Assembly (NCBI GenBank): GCA_047967505.1
Contig: CM106538.1
From: Dipteris shenzhenensis
Lineage: Eukaryota
Direction: 5' to 3' (one strand)
Length of the DNA: 64,000 nucleotides
This document shows, piece by piece, positions 1-11,765 of this stretch. The first letter of the stretch is position 1. Each line of letters starts with the position of its first letter. The notes beneath the pieces are model-generated. The model was not told where the DNA came from. It did no database searches and worked only from the letters and a program-made list of their open reading frames with translations. Position numbers and translations under genes: made by a program.

Positions 1-2720
1 GAGGATACAAAACTTATTGAATTTCTCCATTTGCTCTTCGCTCATCTTTCTTTCAATCCCTTTTCCTTGGGGGACCTCGCCAATGATGCGATCATCATCC
101 TTGTTGTGCCAAGCTTGCGGCATATCAGGATCCGTGGATGCAAGAAACTCTGTGATATATACTAATGACTCTTGCACAAGCCATCCCTCTGCCATGCTTG
201 CTTCTGGTCTTGCTCTTTGTCTTACAAACCCCTTTAAAGTTTTCATAAACCGCTCGAGAAAAAACATCCATCGATTATGAACGGTACTTGCTATAGCCAC
301 CTCATCAACTATGTGCACAAGCAAGTGGACTTGAGTTGTCATAATGCTTGAGGGAAAGTGCTTCTCAAGCAAGCATACGGCTTCGATGGATTCCACCCTA
401 GCCTTCTCGATGCTCGATATAGAGATCTCTTTTTGAGATATCCACCTATTTCACATGTCCATGCATATGTAAGATATTTGAGATATCCACCTATTTCACA
501 TGTCCATGAAGAAAATACATAATGCGAATTGATAGTAAGCATACCTCACAATACCACAGATCTTGAATATAGCATTTCTAACATCTTCTTGTAAGCACCC
601 TTTTATTGTAATTGGAAGGATGAGCTATCAAAGCAACAATGAAATCATGTCAACAATATAACATAATAATAATTACGCTAATGCATCACTATTATCGGTA
701 CACTAATTCTACTTAGAATACCTGTAAGACCTTGTGCCAATCATGGAACTTGAGGCCACTAAGCTTATTGTCCTTTGAAAATGCTCCTTTCAAGCAACGC
801 ATGTACCCTGTCGGTGTTTGAAAAGAGGCAATGTCTGCCTTGATCGCTGCCTCCTCCCTCGTAGAGAGGATCCACGTTGCTTTCGGGAGGACAACTTTTC
901 CTGAAGCATGCACTTGGGGCCACAAACGAGACATCCTATTCATAGCACGCAAGTCTTCTCGCACTCCTCTCGAGTCCTTGGAACCAACCAAGTGTGCCCA
1001 AATGGTAGCCCCCACATTCTCAAAGATATGCATGGGATCCAAGAGATGATTGATTTGTAACTGACCCCAATAAGGAAGCTCGTGAAAGATCGATAGCCTC
1101 TTCATACCAGGAGGAGGTTCCTCTCCATTCTCCCTCCAAGCTTGAATCCAATCACTTGCTTTCAAATATGATGGTGGTGGATCAAGCTGACCTCCACGTG
1201 CGAGATGGTCGAGCGGAAGGTATCGAGCATGACCTTCATAAACATTTTTCCTCATGTGTTTGGAGTAGCGTGCAAGCGATTTCAGAGCGGGTCCACAAAC
1301 AGGACAAGCATGGTACCCACTTGTAACAAGCCCTGCACGCGTGCATGAATATGTTAGTACAAGACATGCATGCAAAAGAGAGTAAAAAAAGCATAATCCC
1401 TCATTGTACATGTAAAGACATAACCACGTACCTGCGCACTCTCCATATCCTGGGTAGTCATGCATGGTCCACATCAAGATACCCCTGACGGAAATATCAT
1501 TGGTATGCCTAGGAGCTCTGGAAATATCAAAGACCTGCACTCCTCTCCATAATATCTGTAACTCCTCTATCAAAGGTGCCATGTACACGTCCATGTTTCT
1601 TGCCTTGTACTTTCCTGGCACAAGTAGTGCAAGCATGAGGTGTCCCTTTTTTATTGTTAGCCATGGTGGGATATTGTAATTCACCACGACTATGGGCCAT
1701 GTCGACCAAGATGTCGAGCGTAACCCGAAAGGATTCACGCCGTCCATGGCTAGCCCAAGATGTAAGTTGCGTGGCTCTCTCGCAAAGTCCAGCCACTGAT
1801 TATCTATGTGCTTCCAAGCCGCACAATCTGCGGGAATCCTCAATGTGTGATCAGTGGACCGATGAGATGCATGCCATGTCATCAACTCCGCTATGGATTT
1901 GCATCGAAACATGTGTTGTATTCTTGCAATGATGGGAAAGTGTCTTAAGACCTTTACCGGTATCCTCTCACCCTACAAGTCATCTCTATATCGTTGTTCC
2001 CCACACTTTGGACAACTAGCCAAATCTCCATGCTCACGACGAAAGAGAATACAATCATTACGGCAAGCATGGATGGTATCATAATCCATACCCACCATTG
2101 TTAGCATCTTTTTCGCTTCATCTCTTGATGCGGGCATGGTATTTGGTGCAGGCAACATCTTTTGGAGCAACCTATGACAAAGACACTATCCAAATGATGA
2201 TTCTCAAAACAAACAATATCCAAATAATGAGTCAATCAAATTAATGCAAGGGCTAACCTCATTAAGGCCGAGACACTTGTATCCGACCACCCATACTGTA
2301 CTTGTAGATTCAAGATTGAGAGACAAGCACGTAGTTTAGACATCCTGGCACCCTCGTACAATTGTGTTGATTGCAACTCTCGCATTTTCACCTCAGACTC
2401 TGACATCACATGTACGTGGGATGTAGTGCCCCTAAAAATGGAATCCATCATGTCGACCATACCCTCGTCGTCATCTGGGAGACTATAGTCTTGTTGAAAG
2501 TGAGAAGGTATATGTGTACCCTCGTCACCCTCGTCATCCTATCATAAGCTCATTGGTGTAAATAGAAGATCTTCTAATTCCGGGTATACAATAAGATTGC
2601 GAACTTAAATAGCTTTGACTTACCGATGATCCATCAACATGTGCAACACCAACGGGGGGTACTGGTTCCGGCTCCTCCCCATACATCCGCAAGTGGCGCA
2701 TGATAATACGACGTTGATGT
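1..2720 (-). pseudogene. TnpD-like CACTA transposase (Transposase_21/DUF4218-type), spliced, 5' end deleted
   Basis: Motifs IHACRNDCILF, LAMDGVNPF, LMWTMHDYPGYG, HLLDPMHIF, GLK.HDWH. Relative to A2 the first ~110 coding nt (MEGTSG...CHCTHC) are missing after 2720. Confidence 0.88.
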
Positions 2721-2810
2721 AGTAAGGCTATGTAGTAAGAGGAGATATTGACAATTAAGAGCTTACGCATGTTTGAGTCACAAGAGGCCTCATTAAAAAA
2801 TAAACAGTAA

Positions 2811-2944
2811 GCGTCGCTATATAGCGACGCTCTGTTCCGTCGCTATATAGCGACGATTTTAATTGAAAGCGTCGCTATATAGCGACGTTTTCAATTAAAA
2901 ACGTCGCTATATAGCGACGAATAAGCGTCGCTATATAGCGACGC
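2811..2944. repeat. Internal cluster of five GTCGCTATATAGCGAC palindromes between the divergent family A genes
   Basis: Five perfect 16-bp palindromes read directly; same motif as at the element ends. Confidence 0.93.
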
Positions 2945-3869
2945 TGTGGGTTAAAACCCAAAATGCCGAAACCCGCGGTGTTTTGCTCAAAGCTTTCCTA
3001 ATCTCTCAAGTAAGCTCTCCAAAATCTCCTCCCACCTATTTTCACTGACCTCCCATCTATTCCAAGCAACCTCCTACCCTATTTCCCACTCCTCACCCTC
3101 CTCCTACCTCTTGTGCACCCTCTCTCTCCTTTTTCCCTCTTTGGTTTCCAGAAAGAAAGTTCTTCAAAAGGTGAGTTTCTTTCAACAATGTAGGTTGTTT
3201 GTTTGTTAGCTTTGGTTTTGTGAGTGTTTCTACTTGTATTGCTAAAGTTTTAAACTAGTTTTCATGCTTGATTAGAAAGGATTCAAACAAAAAGCGAAAT
3301 TTCAAGAAAGAAAGAAAGAAACTCACCTCTTCTTTCTGTATTTCTCTTCCTTCTCTTCCTTCTCTTCTCCTCAATCTCCTCCTTTCCTTGTCTCCTCAAT
3401 CTTCTCTTTCCTTGTCTCCTTTCAAGAAGTTGCTTTTGTGATCTCCTCTTTCCACTAACATCTTATTTGAAAAAATGGGTTGTTTTCTCTCTTTTGTAGG
3501 GCCAGTCCACTACACCGAGCGGGACATAGTCTCTCTTTTGTGGGCCCAGTCCACTACACCGAGCGGGACATACTTTTACAGGTAAGTGCTTCCTCTTCTT
3601 TCCATTTAAGCTTTTTGTTATTTGCATTGGCCTGCAGCTAGCGCCTTAAGCGCTAGCTGCAGTGATGGGCGTAGGAACCCTCTCTTCCCCCTTCTCTTTT
3701 TCTCATTTTCCCCCTTCTCTTTTTTCCCTCTTCTCTTATTCTCTCTTTCCCCCTCTCTCTTTTCCCTTCTCTCTTTCCTTTCCCCCTTATTCTCTATTTC
3801 CGCATCCCTCTTATTCTCTTATGCTTATGCTTCTCTCATTCCCCCTTCTCTATTTCCCCCTTCTCTCAT

Positions 3870-6800
3870 TCGCATAAGCTTCTCTCATTCTCTTTTTCCG
3901 CATGACCATAAGCATGAGCTTATGCTTATGCTTATGCATAAGCATAAGCATAAGCTCATGCTTATGCTCATTCATGAGCATGAGCTTATGCGTAAGTTTC
4001 CGCATAAGCTCCTTCTCTCATTCCGCATAAGCTCCTTCTCTATTTTCGCATGAGCATAAGCATGAGCTTATGCTCATTCATGAGCATGAGCTTATGCGTA
4101 AGTTTCCGCATAAGCTTATGCGGAAATAGAGAATGAGAGAAGCTTATGATTCTCTCATTCTCTTTTTCCGCATAAGCTCCTTCTCTCATTCCGCATAAGC
4201 TCCTTCTCTATTTCCGCATGAGCATAAGCATGAGCTTATGCTTATGCTTATGCTTATGCTTATGCATAAGCATAAGCATAAGCTCATGCTTATGCTCATT
4301 CATGAGCATGAGCTTATGCGTAAGTTTTCGCAAGAGCTTATGCGGAAATAGAGAATGAGAGAAGCTTATGCTTCTCTCATTCTCTTTTTCCGCATAAGCT
4401 CCTTCTCTCATTCCGCATAAGCTCCTTCTCTATTTCCGCATGAGCATAAGCATGAGCTTATGCTTATGCTTATGCATAAGCATAAGCATAAGCTCATGCT
4501 TATGCTCATTCATGAGCATGAGCTTATGCGTAAGTTTCTGCATAAGCTCCTTCTCTCATTCCGCATAAGCTCCTTCTCTATTTTCGCATGAGCATAAGCA
4601 TGAGCTTATGCTTATGCTTATGCTTAAGCATAAGCATAAGCATAAGCTCATGCTCATGAATGAGCAAGAGCATGAGCTTATGCGTAAGTTTCCGCATAAG
4701 CTTATGCGGAAATAGAGAATGAGAGAAGCTTATGCTTCTCTCATTCTCTTTTTCCGCATAAGCTCCTTCTCTCATTCCGCATAAGCTCCTTCTCTATTTC
4801 CGCATGAGCATAAGCATGAGCTTATGCTTATGCTTATGCATAAGCATAAGCATAAGCTCATGCTTATGCTCATTCATGAGCATGAGCTTATGCGTAAGTT
4901 TCCGCATAAGCTCCTTCTCTCATTCCGCATAAGCTCCTTCTCTATTTTCGCATGAGCATAAGCATGAGCTTATGCTTATGCTTATGCTTAAGCATAAGCA
5001 TAAGCATAAGCTCATGCTCATGAATGAGCAAGAGCATGAGCTTATGCGTAAGTTTCCGCATAAGCTTATGCGAAAATAGAGAATGAGAGAAGCTTATGCT
5101 TCTCTCATTCTCTTTTTCCGCATAAGCTCCTTCTCTCATTCCGCATAAGCTCCTTCTCTATTTCCGCATGAGCATAAGCATAAGCTTATGCTTATGCTTA
5201 TGCTTATGCTTATGCATAAGCATAAGCATAAGCTCATGCTTATGCTTATGCTCATTCATGAGCATGAGCTTATGCGTAAGTTTCCGCATAGGCTCCTTCT
5301 CTCATTCCGCATAAGCTCCTTCTCTATTTTCGCATGAGCATAAGCATGAGCTTATGCTTATGCTTATGCTTAAGCATAAGCATAAGCATAAGCTCATGCT
5401 CATGAATGAGCAAGAGCATGAGCTTATGCGTGAGTTTCCGCATAAGCTTATGCGGAAATAGAGAATGAGAGAAGCTTATGCTTCTCTCATTCTCTTTTTC
5501 CGCATAAGCTCCTTCTCTATTTCCGCATGAGCATAAGCATGAGCTTATGCTTATGCTTATGCTTATGCTTATGCATAAGCATAAGCATAAGCTCATGCTT
5601 ATGCTCATTCATGAGCATGAGCTTATGCGTAAGTTTCCGCAAGAGCTTATGCGGAAATAGAGAATGAGAGAAGCATATGCTTCTCTCATTCTCTTTTTCC
5701 GCATAAGCTCCTTCTCTATTTCCGCATGAGCATAAGCATGAGCTTATGCTTATGCTTATGCTTATGCTTATGCATAAGCATAAGCATAAGCTCATGCTTA
5801 TGCTCATTCATGAGCATGAGCTTATGCGTAAGTTTCCGCAAGAGCTTATGCGGAAATAGAGAATGAGAGAAGCATATGCTTCTCTCATTCTCTTTTTCCG
5901 CATAAGCTCCTTCTCTCATTCCGCATAAGCTCCTTCTCTATTTCCGCATGAGCATAAGCATGAGCTTATGCTTATGCTTAAGCATAAGCATAAGCATAAG
6001 CTCATGCTTATGCTCATTCATGAGCATGAGCTTATGCAGAAGTTTCCGCAAGAGCTTATGCGGAAATAGAGAATGAGAGAAGCATATGCTTCTCTCATTC
6101 TCTTTTTCCGCATAAGCTCCTTCTCTCATTCCGCATAAGCTCCTTCTCTATTTCCACATGAGCATAAGCATGAGCTTATGCTTATGCTTATGCATAAGCA
6201 TAAGCATAAGCTCATGCTTATGCTCATTCATGAGCATGAGCTTATGCGTAAGTTTCCGCAAGAGCTTATGCAGAAAAAGAGAATGAGAGAAGCATATGCT
6301 TCTCTCATTCTCTTTTTCCGCATAAGCTCCTTCTCTCATTCCGCATAAGCTCCTTCTCTATTTCCGCATGAGCATAAGCATGAGCTTATGCTTATGCTTA
6401 TGCTTATGCTTATGCTTATGCATAAGCATAAGCATAAGCTCATGCTTATGCTCATGCGGAAATAGAGAAGGAGCTTATGCGGAATGAGAGAAGGAGCTTG
6501 TCATGAGCTTATGCGCAAGTTTCCGCAAGAGCTTATGCGCAAGTTTCCGCAAGTTTGCGCAAGTTTCCGCAAGCATAAGCATAAGCATAAGCATAAGCTA
6601 ATGCTTATGCTCATGCAAGTTTCCGCAAGTTTCCGCATGAGCTCCTTCTCTTATTCCGCATAAGCTCCTTCTCTTTTTCTGCATAAGCTCCTTCTCTATT
6701 TCCGCATGAGCATAAGCATGAGCTTATGCTTATTCATGAGCATGAGCTTATGCGGAAGTTTCCGCAAGAGCTTATGCGGAAATAGAGAATGAGAGAAGCA

Positions 6801-7250
6801 TATGCGGATCTCATTCTCTTTTTCCGCATAAGCTCTTTCTCTTTTTCCGCATAAGCTCTTTCTCTTTCTCTTTTGCGTGAGCATATGCGGAAATAGAGAA
6901 TGAGAGAAGCTTATGCTTCTCTCCTCCTCTATTTTTGCATATGCGGAAACATGAGCATAAGCTCATGCTCACCCATGAGCATAAGCATAAGCTTATGCGG
7001 AAAAAGAGAAGGAGCTGATGCGGAAATAGAGAATGAGAGATGCTTCTCTTCTTCTCTTTTTCTGCATAAGCTCCTTCTCTTTTTCCGCATGAGCATAAGC
7101 ATGCGGAAACTCATCCTTCTCATGCTTATGCTCATGCATGTGCATGAGCTTATGCTTAAGTTTCCGCATAAGCTCATGCTTATGCGTGAGCTTATGCGGA
7201 AATAGAGAATGAGAGAAGCATAAGCTCATTCTCTATTTCTGCATAAGCTC
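3870..7250. repeat. Self-complementary satellite (GCATAA/TTATGC/GCATGA/CTCATG modules, ~150-220-bp units) inside A1
   Basis: Direct reading. Recurring spurious ORFs at spacings of ~190-220 and ~365-380 bp show higher-order units. Confidence 0.93.
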
Positions 7251-7532
7251 ATTCTCTATTTCCCACTCTATTTCCCCCTTCTCTCATTTCCCCCTTCTCT
7301 CATTCTCTATTTTCCCTCATCTCTTTCCCTTTCTCTCATTCTCTATTTCCTCGTTCTCATTCTTTTCTTTCCTTTACATCTTCTTTCCCTCTTATCTTTC
7401 CCTCTTCTTTCCCTCTTTCCTTTCCCTCTTCTTTCCTTTGCCTCTTCTTTCTTCTTGCCTATGCCTATGCCTATGAGAATGCTCATGTTTGTTTATTTGT
7501 TTTCTGTTTTCGTGTTTGTGTCTATGTTAGAC

Positions 7533-9108
7533 ATGGGATCACGTCGCTCATCGGACGAGTACGGACAGCCTCGCAGGAGGAGAGCTCACGATCTATATGC
7601 TCCAGAGGACTTTGATTCCTCTCAGGCGACTACCCCGAGGACTACCCCTGGTCCGACTCCTCTCGGTCCTAGCACTGTGACTACCCCTGGTCCGACCCCT
7701 CTTCCACGTAGCACTGCGACTACCCCTCAAGGGACTCCTTTGCTAGCCGCGCATGGCTTTGTTGGGACTCCCGATGAGTTTGTAGCGTAGATGAGTGATG
7801 AGGAGGCAGCGAGATTCTTCTCTCTGCTCTCTCAGAGGACCTCCGCAATTCCTTCCCCTACACCGACGGGTGGACGTACAGCCCAGCCATCCCCTCGCGC
7901 CCCTTCGACCGCGGGATCATCACCTGCGCATGCCTCCCGCAAGGGAAGGAAGAGTAGGATGGGCGGCTCATGTTGTGCTGACTCAGGAGATGTAGACGAG
8001 TCAGCACACTCACGCTCCTTTAGGTCTCCACTTGGTCCGGAGACACAGTATCAGTCAGGTCCCTTTCCCTCTCCTACTCCCACAGCTACTCCTCGATCCG
8101 GAAGCGGTCGCGCAGCTTCCACTCCTTCAGACTCTGCTACCGTCAGTCCCCCTTACTCATCAGGGGATCTCTCCTATCAAATCACATCTGCCGGAGAGAT
8201 AATAGAAGACAAAAAGGGCAAAGCAGTGATGGCCGCCATGAGGCGGTTGATGAGTCATCACTTCAAGAGCGGCATAAATATCGATTGGCGGTATCAAGAT
8301 GGCCAAAAGAAGCAGGCGGTGATCGATGAGTTAAAACAAAGATATCCTAATCCGCCAAATGTGGAGTTTAATAACAGTTATATGCTCGAGCGCATGGGTT
8401 TGGTCCTAAAGCATCGCAGATCAACCATGCGTACTTCCATTACAAAGGGGTTGTCTAAACCCAGCTGGGCAGACAAAGCTGATTGGAAGTACTTCAAGAA
8501 GCAACATAGGGACCATCCTGAAATGTTCGAGGGTCAGAGGAGGGCTGTGAAGAGACGGCTGGATGTCGTAGGTACTTCGCACTTTGGTGCAGGCGGACGG
8601 TATGCGTTCGAGGCAACCGTGGTAAGTTTACTTCTTTCCATTTAATGTATTGTTCTATTTGTTTTACTTACATATTACATGCACTTTAGCTAACTCTAAC
8701 TCTCGTAAATTGGATCCACAGCAAGCTGCGATGGGTCGTCTTCCTACAGATGCAGAGACGCGGCGTGCATTTCGGATAGGAACCAAGCCGTGGTTCATTG
8801 AGCAAGAGGCAATGGGAGCGACAATCGATTGGGCTGAGGTGGCTGCTCGCACGGTATAAGTTTACTCCTGCTTGTAATCTCACTTTTTAATTTAAGTTCC
8901 AATCTAATTTTCGATTTATATGGTTCACTCTCAGGGTCAAAGCTCAAGCGTCCCATCATCAGAGACGAGCGATCAACAGGGGCAAGGATCGGACGCAGGT
9001 GCCGATGACGAAGGAGAAGACGCAGGTGTCGGGGACGAGGGAGAAGATGCAGGTGCCGAGGACCAGGGAACAGCCCAACAAGACGATTCGGATTCGGATT
9101 CGGATTAG
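7533..9108 (+). pseudogene. Second CACTA gene (TnpA/Ptta-like), spliced, in-frame TAG at 7788-7790
   Basis: ATG 7533 follows an acceptor AG. S/P/T-rich N-terminus, RYPNPPN and HFGAGG motifs shared with the family B second gene, donors at 8622 and 8854, acidic tail ending TAG at 9108. The TnpA label is inferred from position. Confidence 0.72.
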
Positions 9109-9384
9109 TAGTGGTAGTAGCATTTTTCATATCCGCTCGTTAGAGCCATTTTGTATCGCCCTTTCACAGGGTAATTTTGTTTCAAACACAGTTGTATATG
9201 TATATGCATTTCTTCCTCATCGTTCACAAGAACAATTTTGTATCACCCTGCAAGCAAGGGAAATTTTGTTATAAAAAACTTTCTTTTGTAATTACAAAAA
9301 AAAAAAAAGGGTTAGTGGGGCTAAACAGGGCCAAAAGGAAGCCCTGTTTAGCCCCACTAACCATTTTTTTTACCTTCTGTTAAT

Positions 9385-9660
9385 CGTCGCTATATAGCGA
9401 CGTTTACCAGTGTCGCTATATAGCGACGATTAACAGAGTCGCTATATAGCGACGTTTTTATCGTCGCTATATAGCGACGTTTACATCGTCGCTATATAGC
9501 GACGATTAACAGCGTCGCTATATAGCGACGGTTTATAGCGACGCTCCTTTTCCGATGATTTTAACGACTTTTATAGCGACCTTTGCGCCCGTGAAAAAAA
9601 AAATTTTTAATGTAAAAAGCGTCGGTATTTCCGTCGGAAAATGGCCTATGCCTTGTAGTG
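9385..9660. repeat. Family A subterminal palindrome array and terminal TAGTG
   Basis: Six full GTCGCTATATAGCGAC copies plus half-sites, then TAGTG at 9656-9660. Confidence 0.92.
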
Positions 9661-10745
9661 CATCAAGGCTTAAGCCAAAATCATTCACTTTTTTTGGATT
9701 TCTGATATCACCAAATTTCTCCAAATCTATTCAAAATGCTCTACATGGGAGGCTGAGTCTCCTTCACCTAATAACTTGGTGATTAACTTGGAGATGATGA
9801 TGGGTTTAATTTCAGAATGGTTTTGGTCTCTTCCCGTAATTATTGGATGAATGACCCCCTTCCTAATACTTGTCCTAAGATCCCCATCGCCTCATTGGTA
9901 ACTAAGATTTGTGAAGTTAGAGAAACATGGATGTGTTTATCGAAGCTATGCATACATAGTATTATGAAATATAGGCGAAAGTTTATCTAGCTTATTTTTT
10001 TAGTTTTACAATATTGATAGGGTGTAGTATAATTTTATATATTCTTTTGGAAGTTGAAGTAAAAAATGTAAATCCTAGCATAAATTTAGATTTTTTTGCA
10101 TAAAAGTTTCAAATATTGGTGAATTTCTCAAATGTTTATTTTTATTAGGGCATAAAATTTTTTGAAGCCAATATAAAATTTTATCTTCTTAACGAAACTA
10201 GCTTGAAAAAATCATCCATGAAGAGAAACATGAGGATATAGTGACCCTACTTTATATATTGGTGTTCTCGATGGAAGGTTCCATGTATTTAGCAGCTATA
10301 CAAATGTAATATGTGAGAATAGGAATTTCAATTGTGACTTGTGGTTGGTGGGGCCTACCACGCTAGGCTAAAGGACTTCTAGGAAGTGGCATGCTGACCC
10401 CATCATTAGAGGCCTATAAGGGGTGATTGTTGGGTATGGCCTACCGTGCTCTATGGCCAATGGAACTTCGGATGTGGGAGATCTTTTTTTTGTATTCTTT
10501 TGGATTACTCCTTCGTCCACTATTTCTAGGATTTAAAATTCTTGATAGAATTTGGGGCCAAATTTAACCCTATACGAATGGATTTCATCAAAGAATGGAT
10601 GTGATGGTACTTGATTTCCAATAGATATGATTGGACTTGGTTCCCTGAGTTCTAGGAGGAAAATAAAGAATGGGGAAAAGAGAGTAAAAAAGAGAGAAAG
10701 AGGTGAAAAGAGAGGGGGAAAAGAGAGGAAAAGAGAAAAGGAGAA

Positions 10746-11765
10746 TGTTACAGCTATATATAGCTCCCCTAAATCAGCCTAGTCCTCAACTATGATTAGG
10801 AACATGGTGTTACCACTAAGCAACCTCACTTATCCAAAGATCCTCCTTGTGATTATTAATGTGGCAATCATCCATCCTTTTGGTATTACGAAGGCATTAT
10901 GATCACGAACGTAATCAAGCATATGCTACTTAGCATCCTCCTATTGTTGATGCCCATACACATCAAGAGGAAAATCATATCTGCTGTTTGATGTCTCTCC
11001 AGAGAGCATACCTCTTGTTCGAGATCGTTCCACTTTTATTGTTGATTCTGGTGCTATTGGTAATATGACATATCAATCTCAATGGTTACATAATTGTCAT
11101 GCTCATCTTCACAAGAAATTGGTTTATCTTGCTGATGACACTACTTGTCAATGTTAGAGCTATATATAGCTCGCCCTAACTCAGCCTAGTCCTCAACTAT
11201 ATATATGCCTATGATCTATGAATAAAATCACTTCCTTGGGATGAACTCTTGTGTCCGTCTCTCTCCTTTTTCTCTTCCTCCCAACGTGGTATTGGAGCCT
11301 CGATATGCTCTAGCATGACTGTGAGAAGAAAGCAACATGATTTTCGTCAATTTGACAAAGCGATCATTCAGCGAAAACGTCTTTTCTGATCATTTCGACC
11401 ACTTGATCGTTAGGTTTCGAGCTGATATGCAAAAGTTGTAAAAGATGCATTGCAAAACAACCTCTCATCATGATGGATGAAAACTCCCACAATGGCTTGT
11501 TCAAAGAGTATGCGTCGGTTATTTTGACTGGCTAGATTACTATATTCCAATTTTAGGTAAGAAAGTTATGGTTTTTTTTTTTTTGCTGCTTGCTGTTAAT
11601 AAACTGGTAGAAGAGTGCTTGAATAGGAAGATCAACACGTATAATTAGAGAGGACTTTATCTAGGACATGAGGATGGAAAAGGTTCATACTTTTGTAGAA
11701 TCAACAATATTTGAAGCAAAAGAAAAAGCAATAATAAATTAGACTTAATGATAAGAAGCTTCGTG
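10746..11765 (+). mobile_element. Scrambled LTR-retrotransposon fragments: LTR start (10746-10793), copia gag/protease piece (~10800-11151), LTR 11152-11286 with degenerate PBS and internal leader
   Basis: TGTTA(G/C)AGCTATATATAGCTC LTR starts. FIVDSGA protease motif matches the reverse complement of ~23190-23530. TGGTATTGGAGC at 11287. 11320-11765 is an inverted match to 25320-25730. Confidence 0.7.

Larger units (their letters stand above)
1..9660 (-). mobile_element. CACTA/En-Spm DNA transposon, family A copy A1 (left part outside window)
   Basis: Ends ...CCTTGTAGTG at 9660 (= CACTACAAGG on minus). Subterminal GTCGCTATATAGCGAC palindromes. En/Spm-type transposase on minus. Position 1 aligns to 59011 of copy A2. 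Confidence 0.92.

Noticed and set aside
3622-7229. Many His/Lys/Leu/Met-rich ORFs (HKHKHKLMLML), also at 62530-63829
   Set aside because: Translations of the hexamer satellite in several frames on both strands; no evidence of coding.
7788-7790. Programmed stop read-through joining ORFs 7455-7790 and 7791-8645
   Set aside because: A C-to-T change from CAG is simpler in a decaying methylated TE, and no second copy is available in the window for comparison.
1-9660. A1 and A2 as parts of one 59-kb tandem duplication
   Set aside because: The A1 right flank (CATCAAGG) does not match the A2 target site (TAT-AGAAGAG), so they are separate insertions.
9661-10745. AT-rich tract and GA-rich run as a possible element or promoter
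   Set aside because: No TIRs, TSD or second copy found by eye.
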